From the NCBI GenBank assembly GCA_965249485.1, contig OZ252239.1, forward strand, positions 1,216,001-1,280,000: a stretch of DNA of 64,000 nucleotides. The letters are read 5' to 3'. How positions within the stretch are numbered: position 1 is the stretch's first letter; every line of letters starts with the position of its first letter. Below are positions 10,778 to 21,471 of this stretch, one piece after another. The translations under genes and the position numbers were made by a program. The stretch comes from a bacterium (GTDB taxonomy: Bacteria; SM23-31). The notes below the pieces were generated by a model. That model ran no database searches, had not been told where the DNA came from, and worked only from the letters and a program-made list of their open reading frames with translations.

Positions 10778-11851
10778 GTGTTTGAAAAGCTTCAGGAAAT
10801 CTTAGAACGCTTTAATCAATTGACATTAGAGATGTCATCTCAGGAGATATTTTCTGACCAGAACCGGTACCGGAATGTGAGTAAAGAGCATAGTGATATT
10901 TCCCCAACTGTCGAGGCCTACAATAAATATTTGAAAGTTGTAACGGAGCTCGAAAATGCTGAAACGCTCAACAATGAGTCCTCCGATCCCGAAATGAAAG
11001 AAATGGCACGTGAAGAAATTGAAGTACTCCAACAGCAAAAAGGAGAGCTTGAAGAGTTGCTCCGTACACTGCTTATTCCGAAGGATCCGAATGACAACAA
11101 AAATGCTATTGTCGAAATTCGCGCTGGGACAGGTGGTGATGAAGCAGCGTTGTTTGCAGCTGATCTCTACAGGATGTACAGCCGTTTTATAGAGCAGCAG
11201 CAGTGGAAAACCGAAGACTTATCGGTCAGTCCGAGCGAAGGAGGCGGTTTCAAAGAGATAATCTTCCTAGTAAAAGGCAGCCATGTGTACGGTGAACTGA
11301 AATTTGAAGGTGGTGTGCACCGTGTTCAGCGTGTTCCGACAACTGAGGCATCCGGGCGGATTCACACGTCGGCAGCATCGGTAGCTGTACTTCCCGAAGC
11401 AGAGGATGTTGATATAGAAATCGATCCGAACGATCTGCAGATTGATGTGTTCAGATCGTCCGGACCGGGCGGCCAGAGTGTGAATACAACAGATTCAGCA
11501 GTTCGTATTACCCATATACCGAGCGGTATAGTTGTGACCTGTCAGGATGAAAAATCTCAGCACAAAAATAAAGCAAAAGCGCTAAAAGTGCTCAAATCAC
11601 GCCTGCTCAATCAGAAATTGCAGGAAGAAGCGGAAAAAAAGGCTGGTGTACGACGAATGCAGGTGAGTACGGGAGATCGGAGTGCAAAAATAAGAACCTA
11701 TAACTTTCCTGAAAAACGGGTAACCGATCACCGAATCAATCTGACTCTTTATAAACTCGATACTATCTTGCAGGGTGATCTTAATGAATTGATCGAAAAA
11801 TTGCAGATGGCCGATCAGACCGATAAACTAGTGGGAAATAAAAACACGTAG
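10778..11851 (+). CDS. prfA: Peptide chain release factor 1
   Basis: [24 protein letters not shown] (PxT) and GGQ motifs. Confidence 0.97.
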   Translation: MFEKLQEILERFNQLTLEMSSQEIFSDQNRYRNVSKEHSDISPTVEAYNKYLKVVTELENAETLNNESSDPEMKEMAREEIEVLQQQKGELEELLRTLLIPKDPNDNKNAIVEIRAGTGGDEAALFAADLYRMYSRFIEQQQWKTEDLSVSPSEGGGFKEIIFLVKGSHVYGELKFEGGVHRVQRVPTTEASGRIHTSAASVAVLPEAEDVDIEIDPNDLQIDVFRSSGPGGQSVNTTDSAVRITHIPSGIVVTCQDEKSQHKNKAKALKVLKSRLLNQKLQEEAEKKAGVRRMQVSTGDRSAKIRTYNFPEKRVTDHRINLTLYKLDTILQGDLNELIEKLQMADQTDKLVGNKNT

Positions 11852-12035
11852 TACAATTTCAGAAGGCAACACAAACAAAATTTTTAAGATAATTGTTGAT
11901 ATTGTTTACCATTCCGCTTCCGGAAAAATCAGACAGAAATTATGTCAATTTATTGATCACGTATCTAGAAATTCATTTAAAGACATTTCTCACAACCTGT
12001 CTACATAATAAATAAATTCACACTATGCTCCCACA

Positions 12036-12893
12036 ATGAACATACGAGAACTTCTCGCGACAACTGCACACTATTTTAAAGAGAACGGTATCAGCAATCC
12101 TAAAACGTCGAGCGAGTTATTACTGGCCCATGTACTCTGTGTCACAAGAAAGGATCTTTATCTCGATTTTGAGAACAGTGTTCCAAATGAGAAGAAAAGA
12201 GAGTTTCTCCAACTCTGTGACCGGCGGAAAAACGGGGAACCGATTCAGTATATTCTGGGTGATACAGAGTTTATGTCACTTCCATTTCAGGTCAATGAGC
12301 ATGTGCTCATTCCACGACATGAGACCGAGCTTCTTGTTGAAAAGGTAATGTTGTACAGCTCTGCCCATGGTAATGGTGGAACTGTTCAAATACTTGAAAT
12401 CGGTACCGGTTCCGGTAATATTGCTATCAGCCTTGCTCACTATATTGCTGGCGCACATATCACTGCTTTAGAAGTCAACCGGGAAGCGCTTAAGATTGCA
12501 CGGGAAAATGCTGCACGAAATGGGGTGGACAAAAAAATAACGTTTGCCGCACAGAATATATTCGATGCGAAAGCCGCCGATTTTTCTGATAAAGATGTGG
12601 TTGTTTCTAATCCGCCCTATATTCATGAGAATGATCACGATTGCCTCGAAAAAGAAGTAGTCGACTATCAACCCCATGAAGCGCTTTTTGCTGGCAGAAA
12701 CAATCTGATATTTTATGAGACAATTACCAATCTTGCAATGACGTGGCTAAAACAAGGAGGATTGCTCGCATTCGAAACAGGACACGATACCGGCACAGCA
12801 GTTAGAAAAATCGTAGAAAATTCCAGCTTTCACACTGTGAAACTTTCGCAGGATTATGCCGGACATGATCGTATTGTAACCGGTATTCGGTAA
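12036..12893 (+). CDS. prmC: Release factor glutamine methyltransferase PrmC/HemK
   Basis: GEPIQYILG, VLIPRHETE, EIGTGSG, SNPPY; follows prfA. Confidence 0.95.
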   Translation: MNIRELLATTAHYFKENGISNPKTSSELLLAHVLCVTRKDLYLDFENSVPNEKKREFLQLCDRRKNGEPIQYILGDTEFMSLPFQVNEHVLIPRHETELLVEKVMLYSSAHGNGGTVQILEIGTGSGNIAISLAHYIAGAHITALEVNREALKIARENAARNGVDKKITFAAQNIFDAKAADFSDKDVVVSNPPYIHENDHDCLEKEVVDYQPHEALFAGRNNLIFYETITNLAMTWLKQGGLLAFETGHDTGTAVRKIVENSSFHTVKLSQDYAGHDRIVTGIR

Positions 12894-12975
12894 CATTTCT
12901 GATAGAGTAATTAGATACAAAATTAATATAGAACACACTACATTTAAATTAAATTGAAAGACTGAAGAAATTATA

Positions 12976-15081
12976 ATGAATGATCTTGAACAAAAACTTC
13001 GCAGCTTTTTTCAGAAGCATGCTACTACTTCATTTCGTCTGCCGGACATTATGTCGGCTCTCCGAATAAATGAAAAGAATAAACAAACAGTTAAAAGAGA
13101 ATTACGCCATCTTGTCAACAACAAAGAAATCAGAAAGGATAAAGGGAAACGGTACGTATCGGTTGTCCGGTCTCACATCCGGTCTGGCACATTCGAATCG
13201 GGAAAATTCGGTTCCGGATTCGTCAGGGCCGACCATGAAGATATCTATATACCTCCTGGATATTCCAGCACTGCCCTGCCGGGTGATTTAGTCAAAGCTG
13301 AAATTTCGGCACGCTTAACCGGCAAAAATCCGGAAGCACGTATTTTTCAGGTATTGAAACGGGCACGACATGAATTTGTCGGAGAATTCAAAAAAACTCC
13401 CGGTGGTGATTCTGTTATCCCCGATTCCGAATTTCTCAAACGGCAGATTTCTATTCCGCCTAATAAAACAAAAAAAGCCTGTGAAGGACACCGGGTGCTT
13501 GTCAAAATATTAACATGGAACAATGAATATGAAAATCCTGTTGGTGAAATTTCCGAGATAATCGGTTTTCCGGGTGAAATGGGTGTTGATGTTCTTTCCA
13601 TTGCGGTCGCCGCAGGTATTTCGATCAAATTTCCTCCAAAGGTGCTCAGGGAAGCACAAGACTTAAAGCGGCTTGAAGGCAATGCCCTCGAACATGGCAG
13701 GAAAGACTTTCGGAACGAGGAGATTTTCACCATTGATCCGGTAAGTGCAAAAGATTTTGATGATGCCGTATCACTCACCATTCTGTCCGATGGTAACTAC
13801 CGTCTTGATGTCTATATTGCTGATGTCTCGGCCTATGTTCATGAAGGGTCTGCACTGGACCGTGAAGCTGCCAAACGGAGTTTGAGTGTCTATTTGATCA
13901 ACAAAGTTATTCCAATGCTTCCTGAAAAGCTGTCGGAGGACTTTTGCAGTCTCAGACAGGGTGAGGACCGTCCGGTATTCTGCATTAGAATGACCTGTAC
14001 CCCTGACGGTGATGTCATCGACTATGAAATTTGCGAGGGTATTATCCGAAGCGCATCCAGACTCACGTATGAAGAGGCACAAAATATTTTAGACGGCAAA
14101 CTCAAAAGCCCTCTGAGTGCAACACTCAAGACGATGAATTTATTTGCTAAAACACTCCGTGAAAAACGGTTTAAAAGCGGCGGACTCGAATTTTATTTCC
14201 CGGAAGTCGATTTTAAACTCAATGAAAACGGGCTACCGACCGCAATTGATGTAAAGCAGATTCACGATTCGAACAATTTGATAGAAGAATTCATGCTGCT
14301 TGCAAACAGTATCACCGCGCAGCACAAAGTGAAACTTGAACAACGTTGTCAGATGAGTCTTCCTTATATCTACAGAGTGCACGAAACACCCGACCAGGAC
14401 AATGTCCGGGAGTTTCATACACTTGCCAGGTCACTCGGATGTACAAAAATCAAAGGAACACCGGGATCGTCGTTCTGGTTTCAGTCTATTCTAAATTATT
14501 TCAGCGATAAGCCTGAAAAAATATTTATTGAAGAAATAGCGCTCCGCAGCATGATGAAAGCACAGTACCAGACACACAATATGGGGCATTTTGGACTCGG
14601 GTTTCAGGCATATACTCACTTTACGTCCCCGATCAGGCGGTACCCCGATCTGATCCTCCACAGACTGATTAAACACTACACAAACCAGCTGCGGACAGTA
14701 GATGTCACGCCGTTTAAGCGGAAACTTTCGCAAATATGCAGCCACACAACCGAGATGGAAATCCGCGCAGTCAAAGCAGAGCGGGAAGTTGTGAAACTGA
14801 AGAAGCTCGAATTTATGCAGGATAAACTGGGGGATGTATTTCACGGCGTTATTAGCGGTGTTACTTCGTTCGGTCTCTTTGTTGAACTTGAAGAAATTCT
14901 CGTCGAGGGCCTTGTCCATGTCAGAGACATTGGTGATGATTTCTACCGGTATGAAGAAGACAAATACCGCCTTGTAGGTGAACACAAAGGGATTGTATAC
15001 AAGCTTGGTGACAAGGTAACCATTCAGATTATTAAAGTAAATGTCGATCTCCGCCACCTCGATTTTGTTATTGTAGAATAA
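12976..15081 (+). CDS. rnr: Ribonuclease R
   Basis: FTIDPVSAKDFDDA, LIEEFMLLAN, YTHFTSPIRRYPDL, C-terminal S1 domain. Confidence 0.93.
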   Translation: MNDLEQKLRSFFQKHATTSFRLPDIMSALRINEKNKQTVKRELRHLVNNKEIRKDKGKRYVSVVRSHIRSGTFESGKFGSGFVRADHEDIYIPPGYSSTALPGDLVKAEISARLTGKNPEARIFQVLKRARHEFVGEFKKTPGGDSVIPDSEFLKRQISIPPNKTKKACEGHRVLVKILTWNNEYENPVGEISEIIGFPGEMGVDVLSIAVAAGISIKFPPKVLREAQDLKRLEGNALEHGRKDFRNEEIFTIDPVSAKDFDDAVSLTILSDGNYRLDVYIADVSAYVHEGSALDREAAKRSLSVYLINKVIPMLPEKLSEDFCSLRQGEDRPVFCIRMTCTPDGDVIDYEICEGIIRSASRLTYEEAQNILDGKLKSPLSATLKTMNLFAKTLREKRFKSGGLEFYFPEVDFKLNENGLPTAIDVKQIHDSNNLIEEFMLLANSITAQHKVKLEQRCQMSLPYIYRVHETPDQDNVREFHTLARSLGCTKIKGTPGSSFWFQSILNYFSDKPEKIFIEEIALRSMMKAQYQTHNMGHFGLGFQAYTHFTSPIRRYPDLILHRLIKHYTNQLRTVDVTPFKRKLSQICSHTTEMEIRAVKAEREVVKLKKLEFMQDKLGDVFHGVISGVTSFGLFVELEEILVEGLVHVRDIGDDFYRYEEDKYRLVGEHKGIVYKLGDKVTIQIIKVNVDLRHLDFVIVE

Positions 15082-15396
15082 TAATAGCAGCAAAGAAATT
15101 TGCTGACAGTTTCAATTGTCAGTCTGCAATTCCGGTTGTTTTAGGGAAACAATTCATGTAACTTTACGAGAAATGATCAGCATTGGTATTGGAGTCGACT
15201 TTCAGTGAACAAAAAACAATATAGATCGCAGGATAAGCTGGTATAACATTGGATGCACACTGATAATCATAATTGTCATTGCTGATACTCTTATCTACAC
15301 TATTGAGTTTTCTGTCATTTCGACCAGAGCTCTGATTATTAAAATTGGAGTGAAGCGGAGAAATATCAACCGTAATTAATAAATTAAATAATTTCA

Positions 15397-16407
15397 ATGT
15401 ATATATTCGACTTCAGACAAATAAAGGTATTCAACTTCACGCGGCTCTGGAATAGCATCAAGCTGCTGACTTCGTTTTATATGTCGAAGTATACAAAAAA
15501 ACTTTGGATAGCAGGGTATCCGCCTGTTCTGTCGATCGAACCAACGAGCATCTGCAATCTGAAATGCCCCCAGTGTCCTACCGGTATGGGGATTCTCAAA
15601 CGGCCTGCAGGATATCTCGATATGGATCTCTATCGTTCAATCATCGATCAACTTGGCAGCACAGCAACGACAGTCCAGCTCTTTTTTCAGGGTGAACCCT
15701 TCCTGCATAAGCAGCTTCCGGAAATGATCAGCTATGCGAAGTCGAAAAAACTTTACACTGTGACAAGCACTAACGGCCATTTTCTTGACCAGGCCACCGT
15801 TGATGCGGTTGTGCAAGCTGAACTCGACACCCTTGTGATCGGGCTTGACGGCATATCGCCCGAAGTGTATAAATTTTACCGGCGTAACGGCAATTTTGAT
15901 ACGGCAGTCAAAGGGATCGAACGGCTGATTGCAGAGAGAAATAATGCCGGTAAGAAACACCCAAAAATCTGCCTGCAGTTTATTGTATTCAAGAGTAACG
16001 AGGACCAGATTGAAGATGTTAAGCGGTTTGGAAAAGAACTTGGTGTGGATAAAGTGATGATTAAAACGGGTCAGATTTATGCCGGCACCGATATTAATGA
16101 CTACTTGCCTTCAAATCCCCGCTACACACGATATGTCAACGATAATGGAACCATCCGTCTGAAAAATTCCGCACCCAATTTTTGCAAGCGGGTCTGGACA
16201 AATGCGGTGTTTACATGGGACGGCACCCTGGCGTCGTGCTGCTTCGACAAGGATGCTGAAAATGCATTCGGGACATGGAACGGAAAATCATTCAATGACA
16301 TGTGGCGGAGTAAACAGAGTAGGGAGTTTCGCAAACAGATCCTGAAAAACCGGAGCGCGATTCCGATGTGCAGCAATTGCACCGAAGGGATAAAAGAGTG
16401 GTTGTAG
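15397..16407 (+). CDS. Radical SAM protein with SPASM/Twitch domain
   Basis: CNLKCPQC cluster motif, FQGEPFL, C-terminal CKRVW..SCCFD..CSNC. Confidence 0.9.
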   Translation: MYIFDFRQIKVFNFTRLWNSIKLLTSFYMSKYTKKLWIAGYPPVLSIEPTSICNLKCPQCPTGMGILKRPAGYLDMDLYRSIIDQLGSTATTVQLFFQGEPFLHKQLPEMISYAKSKKLYTVTSTNGHFLDQATVDAVVQAELDTLVIGLDGISPEVYKFYRRNGNFDTAVKGIERLIAERNNAGKKHPKICLQFIVFKSNEDQIEDVKRFGKELGVDKVMIKTGQIYAGTDINDYLPSNPRYTRYVNDNGTIRLKNSAPNFCKRVWTNAVFTWDGTLASCCFDKDAENAFGTWNGKSFNDMWRSKQSREFRKQILKNRSAIPMCSNCTEGIKEWL

Positions 16408-16505
16408 TGTAATCGTTATACGCCGAACAATTCCATTCGACAAACTTTCTGAAAGACACACAAGATCATTCAAATAACGTATCTAACCTGAGTAACTGAT
16501 CAACA

Positions 16506-17624
16506 ATGATACCATTTGATTTCTTTCTTATTACCGTCACAATCTTTTATTGCGGGATTGGAATTGCTCTGAATTTTGCTCTGTCGAAAAATCCTAATAT
16601 CAGAGTAAACTACGAACCAAATGTGACGGTTATTGTTCCGGCGCGGAACGAAGAAACCAACATTGAACGATGCCTCCGGTCGCTTACAACCCAAAATTAT
16701 CCTACAGAAAAACTACAGATCATCGTCGTCGATGACAACTCTGAAGACAAAACTTCATCGATTGTTCAATTGTTGAGCAGAGAATTTCACAACTGTACAC
16801 TTCTCTCACTATCTAATGATTCACAGCTCGGATTTGGAAAAATCGCTGCGCTTGCACATGGCTTTCAACACGCAACAGGGGAAATCGTTTTTCAGACAGA
16901 TGCCGATTGTGTCGTGTCGGAAAAATGGATAAAAAGTGTACTTTCTTCCTTTCACGACGATGTCGGAATAGTTGGTGGGATGACACTGTTAGAACCATTT
17001 TCAGAAAAAAGTTCTTGTTTTACCAGAATTCAAACATTAGATTGGATGTACTTGCTTGGAGTTGGTGCGGGCGCTAACGCCCTGGGCATTCCGCTGAGCT
17101 GCTTTGGCAACAACCTGGCACTGCGGCGTAAAGCGTATGATGCTGCCGGCGGATATGAAGCTATTCCTTTTACCTTCACTGAAGATTTTGCTATTTTTCG
17201 TGCAGTTGCCCGTGCCGGCTGGAAGACCGAATTTACCCTTACTGAATCTTCACTTGTTTATAGTCGGCCTCCACACACAATCAGTGCATTCATCAATCAG
17301 CGGCTCAGATGGGCCGTAGGCGGAATTAAACTTGCTGGCAAAGGAGTCGTTCTGCTTATGGCTGCATTTGTTTTCCATTGTGCAGTGATAAGTGCCGCCG
17401 GTCTGAAAAGTAATGGTGTGGTTCTGTTTTCTTCAATTGCTGCCGCTCTTTGGGTTGATTTCATGTTTTTAAGGACACTTGCACAACGTGTCCGGAAATC
17501 GTCTGTGCTGCGGATTTTCCCGCTCTTTGAATTGTACTACTTTTTGTATACAACAGTTTTCGGTATTGCTTTACCATTTGCATTGAAATTAAAGTGGAAA
17601 AACAGATCGTATAAAAGTATCTGA
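16506..17624 (+). CDS. Membrane glycosyltransferase family 2
   Basis: VPARNEE, VDDNSED, TDADC, TED, QRLRW motifs; N- and C-terminal TM helices. Confidence 0.9.
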   Translation: MIPFDFFLITVTIFYCGIGIALNFALSKNPNIRVNYEPNVTVIVPARNEETNIERCLRSLTTQNYPTEKLQIIVVDDNSEDKTSSIVQLLSREFHNCTLLSLSNDSQLGFGKIAALAHGFQHATGEIVFQTDADCVVSEKWIKSVLSSFHDDVGIVGGMTLLEPFSEKSSCFTRIQTLDWMYLLGVGAGANALGIPLSCFGNNLALRRKAYDAAGGYEAIPFTFTEDFAIFRAVARAGWKTEFTLTESSLVYSRPPHTISAFINQRLRWAVGGIKLAGKGVVLLMAAFVFHCAVISAAGLKSNGVVLFSSIAAALWVDFMFLRTLAQRVRKSSVLRIFPLFELYYFLYTTVFGIALPFALKLKWKNRSYKSI

Positions 17625-17681
17625 CAGATAACGTATCTGATTTTGTTGTTTCATTTTTGATATTACATAACAGTATATACA

Positions 17682-19241
17682 ATGATATCCTTATTCAATA
17701 ATATTGCCGCAAATATCATGAACGCCGGATTTGAAGTCGTTATCGATGCTCCATACCGGATAGAACCGGGCATGTCGATTCCCCTTATATGCTTGGTAAA
17801 AGAGAAGAAAAACAAATCGTTCACGATTGAGTCGATCAAAGTCAATATAATGCAAAAGGGGCAGACTATCCGTGTTGCTTCAGCGCTGCGTTCACCGGTC
17901 GATGTGCACGATTCAAAATGGCACAAAGTGATTCGGGTGCCGCTTCACGATTCCATGCAGGGGAAGTTTGAATTAGATACGATTGTCACCATCAGCAGAG
18001 ATGGGAAAAGTAGAAAAATCCGCTCACATCCGTATAGCGGAACTAGCAGTGAAACGCTGAAAATATTCCGTGCTGTTGATTCGCTGCCAAAGTTTGCAGA
18101 TTACTATTTCGGGGATATGCATTATCACTGTCTCAGTGAAAGCAAATCCGAAAGTATAAGTGCTCCGTTGATGTTTTCAACTCAAGTTGCTAAAGCCCTC
18201 GGACTTCAATTCTTTGCAGCTACCGATCATTCACATGTTTTGGAAGATAGGGACAGCTCGTCCCTCAGCGACAGTTCGGGTAAATGGGACAAATTTCAGG
18301 AAAAAGTAGATTCTATCAATAGCAAGAATGAAGATATGGTAATTCTTCCTGGTGAAGAAATAAAATGTAAAAACCACCGTGGGAGAGATGTCGACTTGAT
18401 TATTGTAAACTATCCTGAGTTCATTCGGGGATCGCAGGGAAATTCAGTTCCGGCAAAGGTCCATGAATCAAACTTGAAAGAGCTGCTATTACGTGTGGGA
18501 TCCGCAGCGGTTACATTTGCAGTCCATCCGATGAAGCAGACTTCCTTCTACGAAAAACTCTTTTACCGGAGAGGGCGGTGGAGTAAGTTTGATCTGACAT
18601 TGGCAGGATTGACGGGGATGCAGGTATATGACGGCATGAACGAATATTTTCTCGACAGGGGACTCAAACACTGGGTCGAACTGCTGCTCAAGGGGGAGAG
18701 AAAATTTATTGTAGCGGGCAGTGATTCTTATGCCGATTTCGGAGAACAGATAAAATCGCAGTCACCATTCAAAAAATCGCATACAAAATCCCTTCAGGAA
18801 TTCGGCAGGGCGCGGACTGGTCTTTTCTGTACACAGCCGATTACGAAGGAAAAAATCGTGCAAAGCCTGAAAGAGGGAAAATCGGTCATTTCCACCGGTC
18901 CATTAATGGATTTTAGCGTTCGAAACCACATTGGGGAACGGGTACTGGTCGGTGGAAAAATAGAGGGGCGGACCTTTACCGTCAAGTTCAGGGGGGTTTC
19001 TTCCGCTGAATACGGTCCGATTACCGATATAAAGCTTTATCTCGGTGAAATTCGGCGTGAACGTGAGGAACAAATTTTTTCTGTTAAGCTGACAAAAAAT
19101 CGGTATAACTATCAAGGTGAGTTTCAAATAGAAGCCCGGGGGAAAGTCAATTATATCCGTGGTGAACTGATTTCCGGTGATGTCGGACACTCGCTTTTCT
19201 GCATTACAAATCCAATCTGGATTAAATCACTAAAACGGTGA
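17682..19241 (+). CDS. PHP-fold metallohydrolase (CehA/McbA-like)
   Basis: GDMHYH, ATDHSH, PGEE, AVHP, AGSDSY and terminal TNPIW motifs. Confidence 0.7.
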   Translation: MISLFNNIAANIMNAGFEVVIDAPYRIEPGMSIPLICLVKEKKNKSFTIESIKVNIMQKGQTIRVASALRSPVDVHDSKWHKVIRVPLHDSMQGKFELDTIVTISRDGKSRKIRSHPYSGTSSETLKIFRAVDSLPKFADYYFGDMHYHCLSESKSESISAPLMFSTQVAKALGLQFFAATDHSHVLEDRDSSSLSDSSGKWDKFQEKVDSINSKNEDMVILPGEEIKCKNHRGRDVDLIIVNYPEFIRGSQGNSVPAKVHESNLKELLLRVGSAAVTFAVHPMKQTSFYEKLFYRRGRWSKFDLTLAGLTGMQVYDGMNEYFLDRGLKHWVELLLKGERKFIVAGSDSYADFGEQIKSQSPFKKSHTKSLQEFGRARTGLFCTQPITKEKIVQSLKEGKSVISTGPLMDFSVRNHIGERVLVGGKIEGRTFTVKFRGVSSAEYGPITDIKLYLGEIRREREEQIFSVKLTKNRYNYQGEFQIEARGKVNYIRGELISGDVGHSLFCITNPIWIKSLKR

Positions 19242-19253
19242 GCTGTTTTCCCC

Positions 19254-20426
19254 ATGCACCTCTTCATTGTTTACACAATACTTACTATTACCATATTATA
19301 CAGCCTATTTGTCATCTCACTGATGATCGGTTTACGCCGCCTCTCATCCGGTACTAATACTACACAGTATTCCGTTTCAATCGTTGTTGCCGCAAGGAAT
19401 GAAGAACAATCACTGCCTACCTGTATCGAAGCGCTATTGGCGCAGGACTACCAGTCTGAAAAGCTGGAAATTATAATCGTTAACGACCGGTCTGAAGACA
19501 GAACCGGAGACATCTTAGAACAGTATGTAGTGCAAAATCCCAATCTCAAACATCTTGCCATTCAGTCAGTTCCTGGGCACTATGCACCAAAAAAATATGC
19601 TCTCTCTAAAGGGATCGAAGCAGCATTGGGAGAAATAATCTGTACAACCGATGCCGATTGTGTTCCGCCACCAACATGGGTATCTGAAATTATATCTCAT
19701 TTTACCGGTGACACCGGGTTTGTCGCAGGTTTCTCGCCAGTGTACCCCACTCAAAGAAACGAACAAATCGATGATCAAAACAATGTACGTTTCAGATTTT
19801 TCAAACGGTGGTACGTAAAATTAGCTGCCGATTTCATGAATATGGACTCGATCGGACTTGCAGTAGCGTCTGCCGGGGGGATTGCTCTCGGCATACCGTG
19901 GACCTGTGCGGGCCGGAATCTTGCCTACAGAAAAGAGGCTTTTCAAGAGGTTGGAGGTTTTGAGAATGTGAAACATATTCTCTCAGGTGACGACGATCTT
20001 CTGATGTTTCTCATTCATTACAAATCCAAATGGAAACTCCGTTATGCGGTGGATAAGCGTGCCGCCGTTCCTACGTTTGATAATACAGAACCCCGAATAA
20101 TAGCACAGCAGCGGGCACGCCACGCGTCGAAATTTTTCAATCACCCGTTCCGTGTCAAAACCGCATCTATAGTGATTTTTTCGTTTTACTGTCTGTTTAT
20201 ACTTTCACCGTTGTTGGTATTCATTTCATGGCAGGGGATGCTCCTATTTGGACTGATAACAGGCGTGAAATTGCTGTTAGAATATTATTCTATTCGGAAA
20301 GGTGCCCGACTCTTTCAGACACATTTTTCATATCTGGCATTTCTGAAAGCCTACCTCATACATCCGCCCGTCACTGTCTTTTCCTCACTCTTTGGCTCAA
20401 CCGGCACCTTTTCCTGGAAAAGGTGA
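19254..20426 (+). CDS. Membrane glycosyltransferase family 2
   Basis: VAARNEE, VNDRSED, TDADC, SGDDDL, QRARH; paralog of 16506..17624. Confidence 0.9.
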   Translation: MHLFIVYTILTITILYSLFVISLMIGLRRLSSGTNTTQYSVSIVVAARNEEQSLPTCIEALLAQDYQSEKLEIIIVNDRSEDRTGDILEQYVVQNPNLKHLAIQSVPGHYAPKKYALSKGIEAALGEIICTTDADCVPPPTWVSEIISHFTGDTGFVAGFSPVYPTQRNEQIDDQNNVRFRFFKRWYVKLAADFMNMDSIGLAVASAGGIALGIPWTCAGRNLAYRKEAFQEVGGFENVKHILSGDDDLLMFLIHYKSKWKLRYAVDKRAAVPTFDNTEPRIIAQQRARHASKFFNHPFRVKTASIVIFSFYCLFILSPLLVFISWQGMLLFGLITGVKLLLEYYSIRKGARLFQTHFSYLAFLKAYLIHPPVTVFSSLFGSTGTFSWKR

Positions 20427-20636
20427 GATTGAATTTTCCATAAGTGTTTGTTTGAATTTATTTCTACAATTACATTTAGAAAACACTATAAAAATGCAAT
20501 AATACAATTATTTTTTCTAACTGTAGTACAAAATTATGGGATTTTGACATAATAAAAAGCAGCCTCATATTTCCGCTTGAAAACAATAAAGCAGAACCAC
20601 TAATTAAAGAAGTTCTGCCTATGAACGTAAAGGGTC

Positions 20637-20664
20637 GACCGTATGTGACGTTTTGAGAACCTTT
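20637..20664. repeat. 28-bp direct repeat, copy 1
   Basis: GACCGTATGTGACGTTTTGAGAACCTTT; 26/28 identical to 21385..21412. Confidence 0.85.
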
Positions 20665-20789
20665 GAGGTAGATATAAATTGCAGTATATTAATGGTTTCG
20701 TTGGCTAATTTGTTATTTTTGCCATCTTAAATACTTCTTTACTCAGGTTTCTCAATAGGAGTTATCACCTTTAATCTCATCTATATAAT

Positions 20790-21272
20790 CTACAATTTAA
20801 ATACTATTCCTTGTCTTAACCAAAATTCCGTTGGCTTTCCATCAATTGTCACCGGATTCATAATATATTTTTGTCCTAGTTTAACTGCCTCATTTTCAAG
20901 GATAGCATATCTGGGATCATTTTTGGCACGTTCGATTTTAACATGACTTGAAGTAGTATCAACTCGAGCTAAAATTGCAGATCCATCAATACCGAATAAT
21001 ATTTCAATAGTAACTGATCCCTGAAAATTATCGTCGCGGAGGTTTTGAGGATATACAAACGAATTATTGACCTCTTCTATATTAAGAAAGGGTCCGCATT
21101 GTTGAGGGATTATAAAAGGAATGCCATCTTGATCGTATTGCTCTATAATTGAGGATTGGAGTATTGTTGGAGGAGTCTGAAACGTGGTTTCCATTACTTC
21201 TTTATTTTCTCCGGAGCAATTTAAAATATAAATAGAGGTTAAAGAACATATAATGACTATTAAATTAATAAT
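20790..21272 (-). CDS. TonB C-terminal domain protein, probable lipoprotein (apparent ATT start at 21272; first ATG at 21194)
   Basis: YPQNLRDDNFQGSVTIEILFGIDG..LENEAVK..PVTIDGKP TonB_C motif. The upstream in-frame extension IINLIVIICSLTSIYILNC-SG follows an AAGGAG RBS. Confidence 0.7.
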   Translation of the reverse strand: MINLIVIICSLTSIYILNCSGENKEVMETTFQTPPTILQSSIIEQYDQDGIPFIIPQQCGPFLNIEEVNNSFVYPQNLRDDNFQGSVTIEILFGIDGSAILARVDTTSSHVKIERAKNDPRYAILENEAVKLGQKYIMNPVTIDGKPTEFWLRQGIVFKL

Positions 21273-21384
21273 AAATTAGCTCCTTGGATATAACTTCTCA
21301 TTATAGTTTGTACACCAGAGTTTCTCTACTAAGTTCCTATATCTCCAAGAACTCACAATTCATTTTTAAACACCACCATGATTG

Positions 21385-21412
21385 GACCGTGTGTGACGTT
21401 TTGCGAACCTTT
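21385..21412. repeat. 28-bp direct repeat, copy 2
   Basis: GACCGTGTGTGACGTTTTGCGAACCTTT. Confidence 0.85.
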
Positions 21413-21471
21413 AAACTTAATATACCTGTGTAATCCACTGAAATGGCGTTTTAATTCTTTTTTCAATCCAG

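Noticed and set aside
15082..15396. RiPP precursor peptide upstream of the radical SAM gene
   Set aside because: Only very short plus-strand ORFs without an RBS or core-like composition are present, and no RRE or transporter is evident.
20637..21412. CRISPR array from the 28-bp repeats
   Set aside because: Only two copies, 748 bp apart, and no cas genes.
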